Origin: Perkinsus chesapeaki ATCC PRA-425
Lineage: Eukaryota; Protista; Perkinsozoa
Assembly (NCBI GenBank): GCA_013115145.1
Contig: JAAPAO010000102.1
Coordinates: forward strand, 12,670 to 76,669
Direction: 5' to 3'
DNA: 64,000 nt
This document shows, in pieces, positions 1-12,878 of the stretch (positions are counted from its first letter, which is position 1; the number at the start of each line of letters is the position of its first letter). The notes under the pieces are model-generated. The model saw nothing but the letters and a program-made list of their open reading frames with translations, ran no database searches and had not been told where the DNA came from. Position numbers and translations under genes: made by a program.

Positions 1-428
1 GCTATAAGAGTAGGTGATCAATCTTTTGTGTGTAATACCGCTAACTTCTGTCCCCACTGAGGTAGACTGTACCCTAATTAGGGCAGTTGAAGTAGCCGTC
101 AAACCGGTAATAGGCTGACAATACGGAGCTATCAGAACATGTAGGAAAAAAACTGACCAGACGAACCAAAGTGAGGAGCACAGAGAATCATGCTATTAAG
201 AAAAAGGGTGGCGCAAACTCTCTCTCAGGACACTTTCAACACAATCCAACAATAGCCAACACTAACGATCGTTGTATAAAGCAGTAAGTGCTGCACTTTT
301 CCCATTCCGTAATAGCACCTGCATCGGGCCGTCCCGATGATTTGACGTTAATTGGTCTTTCTGAGGAGGAGAAGGACAGCGATCTCAGCAGTCACTCCTC
401 CCAGAAGCCCCGCAGAGGCAAGGCGTGA
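1..428 (+). CDS. 3' end of an unidentified multi-exon gene (tentative)
   Basis: Last exon reads ...SGRPDDLTLIGLSEEEKDSDLSSHSSQKPRRGKA-stop (TGA 426-428); no family motif seen. Confidence 0.3.
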
Positions 429-493
429 TGTGAAGTAAATGCGAGAACACACATAGAAAGAAACAGAGTCGTCGAAAAGCCTATCTCAGAAGC

Positions 494-2097
494 CTACTTA
501 GACCGAGCCTTCTTTTTCTTGTCATCTTGCTCTGTCGTCTGCTTTGATGATATCCAACCACGCTTGATTGCTAGCTTCAATGCTAGACCAACGAGTATAA
601 ACGCCACGGCAAATAGTTGGAACTGGGTGATATAAATGTTATCTAACCTCTCGTGGCCTCGATACCTCTCTACGAAAAATCTGACAAAGAACCACGGTGA
701 TGTCTGCTCACGCATCCTATCAAATTGCGGAGAACTTCCTTCCGGAGCTAGATTTACTTAGAGCAATTTGGAGACACCGCAAAGAACGCGACGGTCACCT
801 GCAGTAGATACTATCTCCCGAGCAAAGCACACGAGCGCTTCGCAGGAGTGCTAGCACTCGAATGACATTATGCTGCAGCGTTATTTGGTTATATATGTAC
901 GCCACGCACTTCTCCTTTACTCTCGCCTCGTGCGTTCTGTACGGTTTGCTAGTAGTCGTATGTTGACTGCCCGCCACCAACAAGAAAAGGAAAACCAAAT
1001 GTGTCAAAGGTTTAAAATTCACACATCGCATTATATTTGCACCGTTACCGGCCCACTTGTGGTCCAAGGTGTCCACAACCGCGGAAAATATCTCGAATAG
1101 GCAATTTCGTCGACATCCAAAGAGCCAAACTCGAGTCGTTCGCCCCTTCCACGAGAATCAAGAAGCTAACAACTAAGTGTCCCATACACACAGCTGAGGC
1201 ATAGGCTACTTCTAGAAAAGTTACAAAGTACAGCAGTACGGCTATGAACGACGCTGAATTATTTATCCGTTGTGGACGCGTGAGAAATCTTACCTTGTAG
1301 AACCCAAAAGGATGAAAAAATCTGACACTAGTGCCAGCGGAACCGATTCCACTTTCTTCCTTCTGTACCATAAAATCAAGCCACAGCTGCCAGAGGTAAT
1401 CATTTCGTACAACGGCGCTGGATGTACCGCTGAAGGAGATGTTCATGAGCAACTCATTTACGAAACAGACTTACGAGTGTTAGTTGGAGCGAGGCCGTTA
1501 GGAAAGCTCATAGCCCACGGTACATCAGTAGGGTAACCATAACAACCATCACCCGAAATAAAACAACCAACTTTGCCTGATATGGAAATGAAGGATGACG
1601 ACAACAGAAGGACATTACCGATTGCATGGCCGATGAGGAGGAGGGGAGCTAATGTATCCAACATTCGGCCGATTGATTCCCGACAGCAAAGCTTTGTGTA
1701 TCTTGAAGACAGACCTACCATTCGACTTAATTCCACCACCAGAATCACCCCGTGGTCCCGACTATCCCTCCGACTAGTCCACCTTGAAAGGAGTGTCCTG
1801 AATATCGATATCAAACATCTAGATTTCAGCAGGTTCTCACCTGTTGACATATCCCAGAAGGATACGTTACTTGAATCATTCCATGTAAGCATAAAATGAA
1901 AGCGTGAGCCGAGGATACCACCGATCATAGCACACATTAGAAGGACTGTCGAATCAATCTAAAAGAGTAAAAGTCGGCGATCCATGAATTCGTCTATTCT
2001 ACCTTCAATCCTTTCCTCTTTAGTTCCCCATCCCCCAACAGCAATGCTGACATGAACGACAAGGCCATACAGAGACCATAGCCGTACACAGGACGTC
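494..2097 (-). CDS. lgt: Prolipoprotein diacylglyceryl transferase (Lgt)-like membrane protein, intron-containing; 5' exon probably further upstream (to about 2400)
   Basis: Spliced exons give Lgt motifs in the correct order: GRPVYGYGLCMALSF, IGGILGSRFHF, GHSFQGGLVGG, DTLAPLLLIGHAIGKVGCFISGDGCYGYPTDVPWAMSFPNG, VHPAPLYE, RFFVERYRG...ITQFQ. Short GT-AG introns separate them. Confidence 0.85.
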
Positions 2098-2479
2098 CTG
2101 AGGATTATACATGTGGAAAAGATGGTAGTTACGTGGAACGAGAGCACGAAGATATACTTTCCTATTAGTTCAATAGGCAGCTAACAAAATCTGGGACGTC
2201 CCCCAAAAACGAGTTTTTGAATGAAGGTGGAATGACGTAGGAGCTAATACCGGCTGAATGAAACAGCCTGTCTCACACTTGTCGATCGACCCTTGCGCAA
2301 GTTTCGATGGCACCGAAGCGTTTTGCCGTAAACAGAAAATACTGATCGGTATCCCTGCCAATAGAACATGATGTGAGTGGGAATGGGAGGTAGTTCAGAA
2401 ATGGCATTCGGCATTTTCGCCAAGTTTCAGATGTAAACGTTATGATAAACTTTATATAACGTTAAGCATATGAAGCAGC

Positions 2480-4090
2480 ATTTTCTTGAACTTGAGACTT
2501 CTCATCCTCGCAGTTACACTGCTCCACCCATTCTTATCATAAATGGTGTTATGCGCATAACTCGAGTTCAGAGGCAAATCAAGTCCTGATTTTCGAGTAT
2601 TATACTATCCTTAGCCCTGCAGATGTTATAGCAATGGTATTTAATGTCGATTCCAGCCCAACCCTGAGAACTGAACACAGCGCGCCCAAACATCTCCACA
2701 ACTTCTTATCATAGAATCTACAGCATATATTCCGAATCCCGGTGTTGATTCTCAAGTCACGTGGTCAGTTTGTTCTATACATTCCAGTAGTGCGTGTTAG
2801 CAATTGCATTAGATATATAAAAACGTAAATACTCATCACTGAGTGGAAAATCGAAATAATATTTCACTTCATTGCGCCGGGCTGTACAGCCACGAGCATT
2901 AAGCCATTCCAACACTAACGAACCGCGGCAACGCCTGCTAGTTGGTCCCTGTCAGCTCACCGAATATAGTAAAGAGAACAGGCCTTGCAAAGTCCACAAC
3001 AATAGCCATGGTGGAGCCCAGTAAAGCTGTGCAAGGGTAGGATATACTACCACCGAATTCAATCATTCTAACTTCAACTCAATTCAAGAAGATAGGATGA
3101 CATCCAACGCATGGTAATCATACAAAAAACCGCGCGCCACAAATCTCATTCAGGAAGACATGCAGCACTGCAAAGGAGCGAACCAATATCCAGCCTCAAG
3201 TCGATGCCTTCTGGGCGTCGCCGGCTCACTCATCTGCAAAAAGATAATCTGATTCAGCCAACTTTCTCCTGTTTGTACCAGGCCATCCATATCTCCAGCA
3301 GATGCCATCGGCTGAACCGGCTTTCTATACCCTCTCGTTGGCGACGGTCCGGCTATGCTCGCCTGGCAAAACCTTCTAACCCACGGGATCTCACAGCTAT
3401 TCTATTCCCACTACAAAACATTATCAACTCTCAAAACTTCGAACGTTAGAATTTGAAGAATAGTAAATTCACGAAACGGGCCCATCCTAACCAGCACCAC
3501 CCAGCCCGATTCCTTGCTCACCTGCGGAGCCTTCAGCTCCCATTCATTAGTACTTCCGTATCCGTCGCGTTCAAGGGCCTGAGAGTGGCGAGTTACAGGA
3601 AGCCGCCACCCGAACTGCAACCCACATGATTGAGCTCGTCCAACTTGAAGTCATCAAGGGTCCCCTCCGGAACAAGCAACTGCCCCTACAGGCGATCAAC
3701 TAAATGTCACAGTATACCACCAACCTCACTTGTGTAGCGCGAAACTCAGCCAGAAGATCTTTCTCCTCGACCATCATGGTCTGAGCAGTAAAGTTAACCT
3801 GTGTATCAAACTCCGGTCAACTCCCACCTTAGGCGTAGGCAGCCCAAGAGCCTCAAACACCGGCCCCGCTTCCTTTGAATAAACGACTGGCTCTTTCGCA
3901 GAGTTCTTCCGCCACAGACCGCCCCGTACAGTCGGCAGGGCCAGGCAGCTGCCAAAAGATGGGAAGGATGTCAGCAAAATGCAGCTACCGATGGCACGTC
4001 CTCAGTAGAGCTTCGTCCGAGTCTAAGCTCGCCAGACTGTCGGACCTGAAAATTTTCAAAGTGTTATCGCGCTCGTGTGTATCATGTTTC
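2480..4090 (-). CDS. Hypothetical multi-exon protein
   Basis: Exon-like segments bounded by GT/AG (e.g. ALERDGYGSTNEWELKAPQ; LPTVRGGLWRKNSAKEPVVYSKEAG; TMAIVVDFARPVLFTIF); no recognisable family; boundaries approximate. Confidence 0.3.
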
Positions 4091-4233
4091 CATAAAAATC
4101 GCCAAAATCTCCACACACTAGAGGCTGCTCTGATTTAAAAGCCGAGACGCTCTCCACGCCCCTGCAGCGGGAGGCGAAAAGCCTCACATCTACAGCCTCC
4201 AAGAGCTATTCGCAAAGCGCTACCAAAAGATGT

Positions 4234-4687
4234 ATGTTCGAAGATGCAGATATCGGTATCGATTATGGACGAAGCCTTCGGTTTATGTTTACTGTGACGT
4301 TAGGTGGGTTATCGGGTAGAATTGTTGAATGTCTTCTTTGTTACCACCATATCTCTGCTCTAGCTGATCAGGACAGAAATACCTGGCAAAGTGATGATGC
4401 AAGTAGGAGAGCCCTGGACGAGGAGGATATAAAAAAACCAACCGTGGCTCAGGGCTTGACAACTTTGATGGCTGGAAAACGTGGAAACAAGCTCTTTTTC
4501 GACGAACAAAGAAGAATGGCTGGAGCGAGTTCAGTGGTAGAATGGGAGCACTAGACCCGTAATCGAAGAACAGACCGCCCAGCACGCCTTTAAAATGAAT
4601 GACAAGAATAATGACAAAGAATATCAACAAAACAAGAAGCACAAAGAAGGCCTCGTGCGGAAAGTACGAAAGAAAAAGCCACGGTAA
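4234..4687 (+). CDS. Small Lys-rich hypothetical protein
   Basis: MFEDADIGIDYG... start and a K-rich terminal frame ...EYQQNKKHKEGLVRKVRKKKPR-stop; exon joins not resolved. Confidence 0.3.
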
Positions 4688-4729
4688 CAGAACGATGATG
4701 TACATATCTGATTGATAAATGAGACCAAC

Positions 4730-7161
4730 CTACTTCGCCAGATCTTCGTGTAAATCCGTGACCACATGGTTCTTCTGCAACTGCCTCTCAGTCATCAGTT
4801 TTCTCGCTACGTTCCAAACTACATTCTTCAAGAAGGATGGTAAATTAACAAGATAAATGGCAGCCATTCGACCCATATAATGATGGGCTAGAACCTCACA
4901 GAAACTGCGTAACCATACCACCCAGTGTTGGAATATATGTATGTACTCGCCTGCATCAGTTGGCGAATAAAGAGAAAGGCTTGAGGGAATTTAACAACAT
5001 TCTTTTCGACCGTTGCAACTACCAGAATATATTACCCATAACGGAGCCACACATTACTTCTTACAATGTGCTATACTATAGCTATACATAGGTTATATAT
5101 CTTATATAGCCTATATTACTAAATGGGAAGAGAGTATATTGCCAAGGGAGTTTTACAGAAATCAATCGACAAAGATGGCGAGTATCCCAATACTGATCCC
5201 GAGAATTGTCAGACTATGATTTATTGTATCTGCCAGCTTGCTCTTTTCTACCATTTTCTTCTCACTACTACTGTATACACCGAGGATTGTTCACAGCTGC
5301 TTACTTTATAGAGGGCGTAAGCCGTTGAGAATGGCACGTCAAATCCAAGGCCACTAAAGTCTGCAATTACTACTATGGATTCTACTTTACTCGGCAGCAA
5401 CATGTACCTAACCAGTGCATGGCATTTGGGGACAGAAATTGTGTCCAAGTTACCGAGTGATGAACTCGAGGATGAAAACGCTTGTACGAATAGCTCTCTC
5501 TTTGGAGACTCGGGCTTTCACTAAAAGGCTCGGCCGCACCACTAGGCAGGGTCGCAATTGCTTATCGCGGCCACACACATACACAAATCCCTAAACACAA
5601 AAGGGCTGGGCCGAGAATCGAACTCGGGACCTCTCGCACCCAAAGCGAGAATCATACCACTAGACCACACAGCCGATACGAGAACCGTTATATAGAAAGC
5701 TACTCCTTATTATTGTCAAACTAACGTTTAACCAATCCTCACCGCATTCAACTCTCGTAACAAATCCGTATCTCCCACTGGCTGTTTGAAATACTCCAAT
5801 CCTACCAATGACACCACTTCTATCACTACTAGCTCAGTCTCTCACTCCATTCTTGAGTTTCAATCAGTTCCCTCGCCGCCCGATCAACATTAAAGCGGGC
5901 ATGATACAAGTACCTTTCACAGATGCCGATCATGACGGATAAGTCTCATACTAGCAATCGAATTAATCGGGATTCTGCTCAAAAGAGCTGCATTGAACAT
6001 CCTATATACCCGCTACAGTTGAGATGAGGTTCGTCCAACCATATCGCCCGGACGTTCTCAATACTATCATCTCAGCCATGCGTCTCACATAGTGGAGCAA
6101 GCCCCCGACCTCCGGTCGATTAACTAAGTTTATCATTGGATGCTATCACTGCAGGCTGAAAAGCTCTTACCATCACCGCCAGTGGTGGTAACAGATTTTC
6201 CAGTGGTCCATCGGTGGGGTTTGATGGGGCCAAAGCGGGCCAAAATTATTACAATAATAATATATAATATATTTTAATATACCTATAATATTACCCCGCA
6301 AAGAAATAGTTGAGATTCACAACATATACGTCACACCTTTCCGCACGTTTTTACCAGAGTTCCCGTTCGCCCAATAGTTCAGTACCCAACTCACAGCTAT
6401 CATTATGACTAATACGCATTATACTCATAACCTCACGAATCGGACGGCCTACCCAAAGTACTACCGTAAAATCCTGGGCTCCAACTGTCTGGCCAGCGTT
6501 ACTCCTCGTGCAGCCAGCACTCTGTACACTTCTTCGATGGCTTCCAGTTCATGGGGCATGAGATCTACCTGATACCCATCATGGAGGGGTGAGGATCCAA
6601 TTATGGAATCTATGGTCATCGAAAGAGAAACAAATCCATTTACGATGATAATAGTTTCATTTATATCCACTGAAGCTCAATTGCTGGACATCCAAACCAG
6701 CTGAGGGATTTCCGGAGTAACTTGTCCCCTTCAGTTGGCTGCTTACCACCATCAGTTGACAACTTTCTTGCTTTAAGTGCCAACTTGGCACTTGCAGCAA
6801 GTGAAAGCAAGTGTTTCACACTTTCCTAGAATAACTCGAATTCTGCCCTCATCAGTTATGCGTAGTACAGACTACCAGCCATGATGGATCCAAGCACTTG
6901 CAGGGTTTAGAGTTTGTATGGTTCAGCTATACAAACCCGAAACCCCACATTGCTGCCATTCGCCACGCACTACTACATTGAGGAATATTCTCCTTTCATA
7001 ATCCCCATTAGTAAACCTCGAGAACATGTCCGCATCTTCCAGCTCTCGCAGGAGCACTTCCGGTGGCAGTGTGTAGTCCCCTATGGCGGAGTCCACCGCA
7101 ATGCTCATACAGCAAACACAATCACTGTCCCCCCAACCTCATTATTAAGAACTCCAGCCAT
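4730..7161 (-). CDS. CRAL-TRIO / Sec14-like lipid-binding protein (3' end not resolved)
   Basis: Spliced: LEPRILR|YLYHARFNVDRAARELIETQEWR (CRAL-TRIO N), LRELNA|GFVYVCGRDKQLRPCLVVRP, VESIVVIADFSGLG, HYMGRMAAIYLVNLPSFLKNVVWNVARKLM. Confidence 0.85.
5603..5674 (-). tRNA. tRNA-Pro(TGG), sense, inside CRAL-TRIO intron 5591-5742
   Basis: GGCTGTGTGGTCTAGTGGTATGATTCTCGCTTTGGGTGCGAGAGGTCCCGAGTTCGATTCTCGGCCCAGCCC, 72 nt cloverleaf with one acceptor-stem mismatch, followed by TTTTGTGTTTAG (terminator plus 3' splice site). Confidence 0.95.
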
Positions 7162-7265
7162 TAACACTTATACGGGAAACAAACTCGATTGCGGTATTTT
7201 ATGGTAACCAACTATTATGAATGAATAAAGCACAGAGAATAGAAACAGCTTCGCACGGCCAGCGC

Positions 7266-7731
7266 CTAGTACGCCGCCGGGGACCCTCGGATCAAGCTCT
7301 TCTCTTTGCGGTCTTTGCGCCCCTTAATCCATCCAAAGAAGAATATGAGACCGGTCCCGACGGGGAAAACCCATTTCCAATTATCAGAGGAATAGTCATC
7401 GATGGTCGGACCGCCAGTCGGATTAGCCCAGGCTGACACGAACGATCCATCTTCACGCGCCACGAAATTGCCCATTATTACTGATAGGATTTCCCAGCTC
7501 CTTAGACTTGCTGTATTCCTGATGCGTTTGCTCTCCCTCCCCTCCAGCGTGGCTTTCCTCTTGATGAGCCTCGTCCGCAGTAGCCGTCGTACTGAACCCC
7601 CGTCCCGCAGGCACACGGAACGTCGGGGCTGCCATCGCCGTCGAGAGACGGATAAGTGCTGGGCGAGCCATGGCAGGGCCGAACCGGGTGAGGAGAGTCG
7701 AGCCACTGTAGAGCACGCGAGTCGATAACAT
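7266..7731 (-). CDS. Small probable mitochondrial single-pass membrane protein
   Basis: Arg/Ser/Thr-rich, acid-free N-terminus (MLSTRVLYSGSTLLTRFGPAMARPALIRLST...RGFSTTA); one intron; ELGNPITWANPTGGPTIDDY then hydrophobic WKWVFPVGTGLIFFFGW. Confidence 0.55.
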
Positions 7732-7850
7732 ATGAATGGCAATCCTAGCTTGGCTGACCAGTAATTTCATGGCGCAGTGACGCAACAGACGCTCGTTAGC
7801 CTCACAGAAAAATGTCCTATCAGCGAAAACGCACGTCACATTCTCTCTTC

Positions 7851-9056
7851 CTAATGCTTTGCCTCCGTCGGATCGATAGTGGCGATCTTGTACATCTTGT
7901 CCGGCAGCTGTGATGGCATCATCTGCTTGCTGACGTAGGGGTACTGCACTCCAGGATAGTTCTGGATGACCCAGTTCTCTCTGAGCTTCCACAGCTGATC
8001 TTTGGCCTCATTGATGGTGTAGGGATGGTCGAATCCTCTGTAGAAATAACGGATCTAACAGCACCGAAAATACATATGCAAGAAAATGCGATTATTCCAT
8101 CAAAAGCGATGCAGCAATACATCCATTACGAATGCATTGAGTCAGAAAATCCTGTTGGTTGCTTAGGATATCACTAGTACAAGGAGACAATCCAATAATA
8201 ACATTATATTGAAGGAATGATAGCAACCACATTGCTCAATGATGTCGCAGTGGAACCAAAATATCCTATAAAGACCTTCTACGCGCTGTATTTAATAATA
8301 TATTATTTTTACCACTACTTATACCACGACCATATACACAGGGCATTCATGTCACTGTACTCCAAGATCAATGGAAAAATCAAATACAAGTTATTATCAC
8401 TATATATACAATCTACAATTTAATATACGTTATTATATACAACATACCCATACAATATAAATCAATTAACTGCCATCACCACAAAAGGTCGCTAGCCCAT
8501 CTCCTCTCATTAAGTACCTTAGCCTGCTCCTGAGCAATCTTATACGCTGGCCTGCTACCAGGATTATGGTAAGCAGATTGCAGACGAAACTTAGCACCGT
8601 TCATGTAGTACCTTACACAAATCCAAGTGTTACTATCCCAGTAAAGGTAAATATTACTTATCCCTTCGTTCAACAGGAGCGGTATCGAACCAGCCAGTCC
8701 ACCAGAAGAATGCCATAGAAAACAGAAGGCCGGCGTGATGCACGGAGAAGAAGTGCTCTCTGAGAGAAAGAAAACAAATACGTTTATCAAGCGTCGGAGT
8801 ATTTCGCAGAAAGCATGTCGAGTTTTTCGATACACATTTCGATCTGCATATTGGAGAAATTCTGAAAAATCCGAAGAATTGGGGCCTGTTTTCGTATCTC
8901 CAAGCAGAAGAAGATTTCTAGTCCAGTCGAACTAGCTTTTGTTGAGCGCTGACGTAGATCGTGTAGAGTAAAGTCGTCACCTCGCCACGAATTGTTGAGT
9001 CCATATGAACTTCCAAAACGGCGCCCTTCTGAGATTAGGGATCTTGAACCCGCCAT
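7851..9056 (-). CDS. Hypothetical multi-exon protein (possibly mitochondrial)
   Basis: Exons MAGSRSLISEGRRFG..., YYMNGAKFRLQSAYHNPGSRPAYKIAQEQAKVLNERRWASDLLW, RVEGLYRIFWFHCD, RGFDHPYTINEAKDQLWKLRENWVIQNYPGVQYPYV...TEAKH-stop. Confidence 0.5.
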
Positions 9057-9304
9057 CGATTGCTCCACCTGAGATACACAGCTAGAGGTGTCAGAAAGAT
9101 AATGCACTACCAGCGCCGAGTTTCATGATGAACTCGGCCGGTTTGATGTTGCGAGCCAGGACACTGGGGGCGGAGGACATCAGAGAAAAATGAGTAGCGA
9201 CTGCACACCGAGGAAAAATCTAAAGGATCTCCCGGCAAACGTTAATTTTCCAGCCATAAAACTTTGAAACAGTTTTCCTTGGTAAAGAGAACGGTAGCAT
9301 TATT

Positions 9305-10608
9305 TTACACTTGCACTAGATGAGGAGGCTCCTCCGTGTCGGAGACAGAAGCGGCCTTTTTCCGCCCGGCTTTCCCTTTATTTTTCCGCTTTTCCTTCTG
9401 CTGTTTCTTCAACTCCTTCTTGCTCAATTTCGGAGCATCAACCTCGGATACTTCTGTGGAACAAAACTTTTCTCTCACCTGAGCTGCATTGCAAACTATC
9501 CACCCGACCGTCTTCACTTACCTCCGCGAGAGTCCGGTCCTCCCGGTCTGCCCAAACAACCGAGTTGTAGTGTTCTCCGTCATGGTATGATAGAATGATA
9601 CACTGAGTCACCTCGGGATCGACCTCTTTTGCCTTTATTTCGTAATGAACCTACCAGAACATCGACGACCCTAGGGACACTATTTAAAATGGTTTACACC
9701 TTCCGCTCGGATGACTAGCGCTGCGACATCATAGGCACCACAGAGAGCAGTGAGTTCGACCTGAGCAAGCGACTTGGCATCAATTGAGAAAATCTGGTGG
9801 GGAAATTGCCATGATTTTTATCCGAAAAATGGTAAATAAATTTCACAGAAACTACATTAAAAATATTTCCGTATCGAGGAAAACGAGTAACAACGGCGAG
9901 TGAGTACCGAGCAGAGATCCTACCTGCCCTCCCCATGTGCCAGATCTCCGCATGTTACCAACGTAATCGCTGTAGTGTTCAAAGCCCTCCTCAGAAAGAT
10001 CGACAAAATCACCAAACCTGCTGGGGACTATGGAATAGTTAGAGCTCATTGGCCTACACGTCTTCGTGGGACTCAAGCCAATCACAACAGGCTTGTCGAT
10101 ATTCATCGTGGAAAGTCTCGACGCCTTTCAATTGTAAGGCAAAACTGCGGAAGAGGCAGTTGCCGTCAGGGAGGGCCTGAGGACGGGAAAAGCCGACAGA
10201 GGTAACTATACCGATAAGTTCAGTGTGAATACTGGAGGGATTGCTGGTAACCGAAACCAGAAAATCAATGAATTTCTGTATCATTTCATTTCTATTGAGA
10301 AACGAAATTATTTTGACCAGGAAGATTGAATAACTGGGATACGTTCAGAAATTTATTAAAAACCCGTTACGGACATCTACACGAAAGCTCTGGTAATCAC
10401 CTGCCAGTTGGCAACTCGAGACTGGAGTCTCAATGTGCCTCAACGAGCACAAGAATATCTTCCAACCTTCCCGGATTTCGCCTACCTCCTGGATGAGCAG
10501 GCCACGCTTCTGCAGCATCCGACGGACTTGATTGAGGTCTTCCGGGGGCGATGATCTGTCATGCCGTTGGTGCTTCGGAGCGCCTTTCTTTTTGCTGCCT
10601 CGGGCCAT
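9305..10608 (-). CDS. OTU-domain deubiquitinase (OTUD3-like)
   Basis: PDGNCLFRSFALQL catalytic Cys box, YRQACCDWLESH, YVGNMRRSGTWGGQ; basic N- and C-termini. Confidence 0.88.
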
Positions 10609-11100
10609 ATTTTCGTGGCGCGCGGTCAATCAATTTGCTGTGACCGTTGAACAAACATAAGTGCGCAAGATTATATATCTTCCCCGAGTCTCCACGTCAG
10701 CTCGAAATCTACGGCGAGCCCGGCAACCCTTACGCTTCGCTGACTTGGAAAGATCTAATGAGACTGAACTCAATCTCCTGGGAGTGTACTCAAATTGATT
10801 CCCAAAATTCTATAAAATTGGTTTCCGTGGGAGTATCCTGCGAATACCGCTTTCCCCTTATTTTTTGTTATCTTAACCTTGGCATATCTTTTACGTCCTC
10901 CCTCTTCACTACATTATTTTCACATGGTCAACAGCTAACCTACCGCGTTTCCGTTAAACCTCCTCAGACGACTTTCTATGATCAACGTTCGATGAAAGAT
11001 TGAAAGTTAATCTAATCAGCGCCCCTCTTCATCAACACTCGCTCTATCAATATCTATTCAGTGTACTCGTCACTCCTTCATCAAGAAGCTGCTAAGTCTT

Positions 11101-12144
11101 GTGCCGTCCTACACTGTAGCCATACGCTCAGTATCGACCAATTTAAGCCCAGATCCCCAGCAAGGAGCTCCCTTAGCAACCTTCCATGCCGACCAAACCA
11201 GTACCATCTTTCGTTCGTTCAGGATGTTCGAAAATAGAAGGATTGAATTTGAAACGATCGATGGACGTCAAACATACTGCGATTGGGATTTCAATTATAT
11301 CTCCGACCTAAGATACATCCTCTTCACACTATCTGGTCCGTGCAGCTCATTGTTCCCGAGCTCACCGAACGAGGAAAAGGATCTTGTTCTCAACCTCGAG
11401 GAATCTAAGGCGAGCATTCAAGATCCTCCCAACCCGATTAGGCTCACTTTTCGCGGTGGAATTGACGGTGGTATCGAGCGGTTGATGAATCTCCATATAT
11501 CTGATCCTTCTCCACCGTCGCCGAGCTACTCTCTATAACTTGCTGTTGCTGTCCGGTGTATGTTGTATAGGAAAATGTAGCGTTCGTCACAAAGTGGGTT
11601 GGAGGGGGAATATAAGTTACCGATGAAAATACTGTAAACTGAATTTGGTCAGCATAGTCACCTTCATTTCATGAGAGCATTCCTAGCTGTTGTGGCACAC
11701 CTCACTGTAACCATTACAGCGATAAAGAGGGGTGTTCAGCCAGCATTCCCGCCGCAATAGAAAGCGTTCGCCGTTTTCTATGCTTTGGAGGCGAACAACA
11801 CGATGCACTCGCTTTCGATGTATGAAGGGGGAATCCTTGATGTTGTGAGCCGTGATGGATCACATAACGAATGCCAATTCGAGAAGGTCGAAGAAGAGCA
11901 AGAACTAATCACTTTCCGTATCACCGGCGAATGCTGCTCACTGTACACCTTAACACAACGTCCCAGCCAAATGCTTCTTCTTGAGTTGGAAATGGAGGCC
12001 GCCGTGATTCGTGGACCTGTAACGGGTGATCCCGAGCTCAAGTTCGCTGGGAAAATTGACGGCGGTCTCGCTCGTCTGCGAAGCCCAGTGCCAGAAGTCC
12101 CAGATCCCTTGGAGAAATGGATCCCAGTGACCCCTATAGACTAA
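11101..12144 (+). CDS. Hypothetical protein(s) with an internally repeated module
   Basis: Two ORFs ending in similar motifs: LTFRGGIDGGIERL and LKFAGKIDGGLARL; possible upstream exon(s) from about 10650. Confidence 0.4.
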
Positions 12145-12487
12145 TGTATCTGTTGGTTAAGTCAGATGTTATCATGTCGCATATTCATCTCTTTATTCAT
12201 GTGCTTGTGTGTGCGTAGACAAGCTTTGCGTTTTGACATGAGGGGGGACACGAACCTTTGCGGGCATTGAGCATAACACAACAATGCTCCTCTGTCGACA
12301 GGCAACACAGAGGAGGAGGCTCGCTGGTCTCGGCTGAGCGAGTCGCTTGGTGTATTAAATGAGAATATAGGGAATGTAGATAGCCACGGTTCTCGAGGGA
12401 CAAATCAAGTATATACTTTCCAATCTCTTGATAACGAATATGATAGCCCCCTCCTACTACTTTATACAGTACGGTTTAAAATATCGT

Positions 12488-12862
12488 ATAATAGAGTTGA
12501 AGATATCTTATAGTAGAGTTAAAGACATCTTATAGTAGAGTTAAAGATATCTTATAGTAGAGTTAAAGGTATCTTATAGTAGAGTTAAAGATATCTTATA
12601 GTAGAGTTAAAGATATCCTTTAATGGAGTTAAAGATATCTTATAGNNNNNNNNNNNNNNNNNNNNNNNNNNNNNNNNNNNNNNNNNNNNNNNNNNNNNNN
12701 NNNNNNNNNNNNNNNNNNNNNNNNNNNNNNNNNNNNNNNNNNTATCTTATAGTAGAGTTAAAGATATCTTATAGTAGAGTTAAAGATATCCTTTAATGGA
12801 GTTAAAGATATCTTATAATAGAGTTAAGGATATCCTTTAATGGAACTAAAGATATCTTATAG
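12488..12862. repeat. AT-rich 22-bp minisatellite spanning an assembly gap (N run 12646-12742)
   Basis: Units TATAGTAGAGTTAAAGATATCT interleaved with variant CCTTTAATGGAGTTAAAGATAT on both sides of the N run. Confidence 0.95.
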
Positions 12863-12878
12863 TTAATGTTGATCTAGT

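Noticed and set aside
5914-6464. Unusually long (about 550 nt) CRAL-TRIO intron as a possible snoRNA host
   Set aside because: No convincing C/D or H/ACA box pair identified by eye.
9035-9058. GCGGGTTCAAGATCCC B-box-like sequence on the minus strand
   Set aside because: Falls in the coding start MAGSRSLI; loop spacing is wrong.
12488-12862. CRISPR-like array
   Set aside because: No unique spacers; simple tandem minisatellite in eukaryotic DNA.
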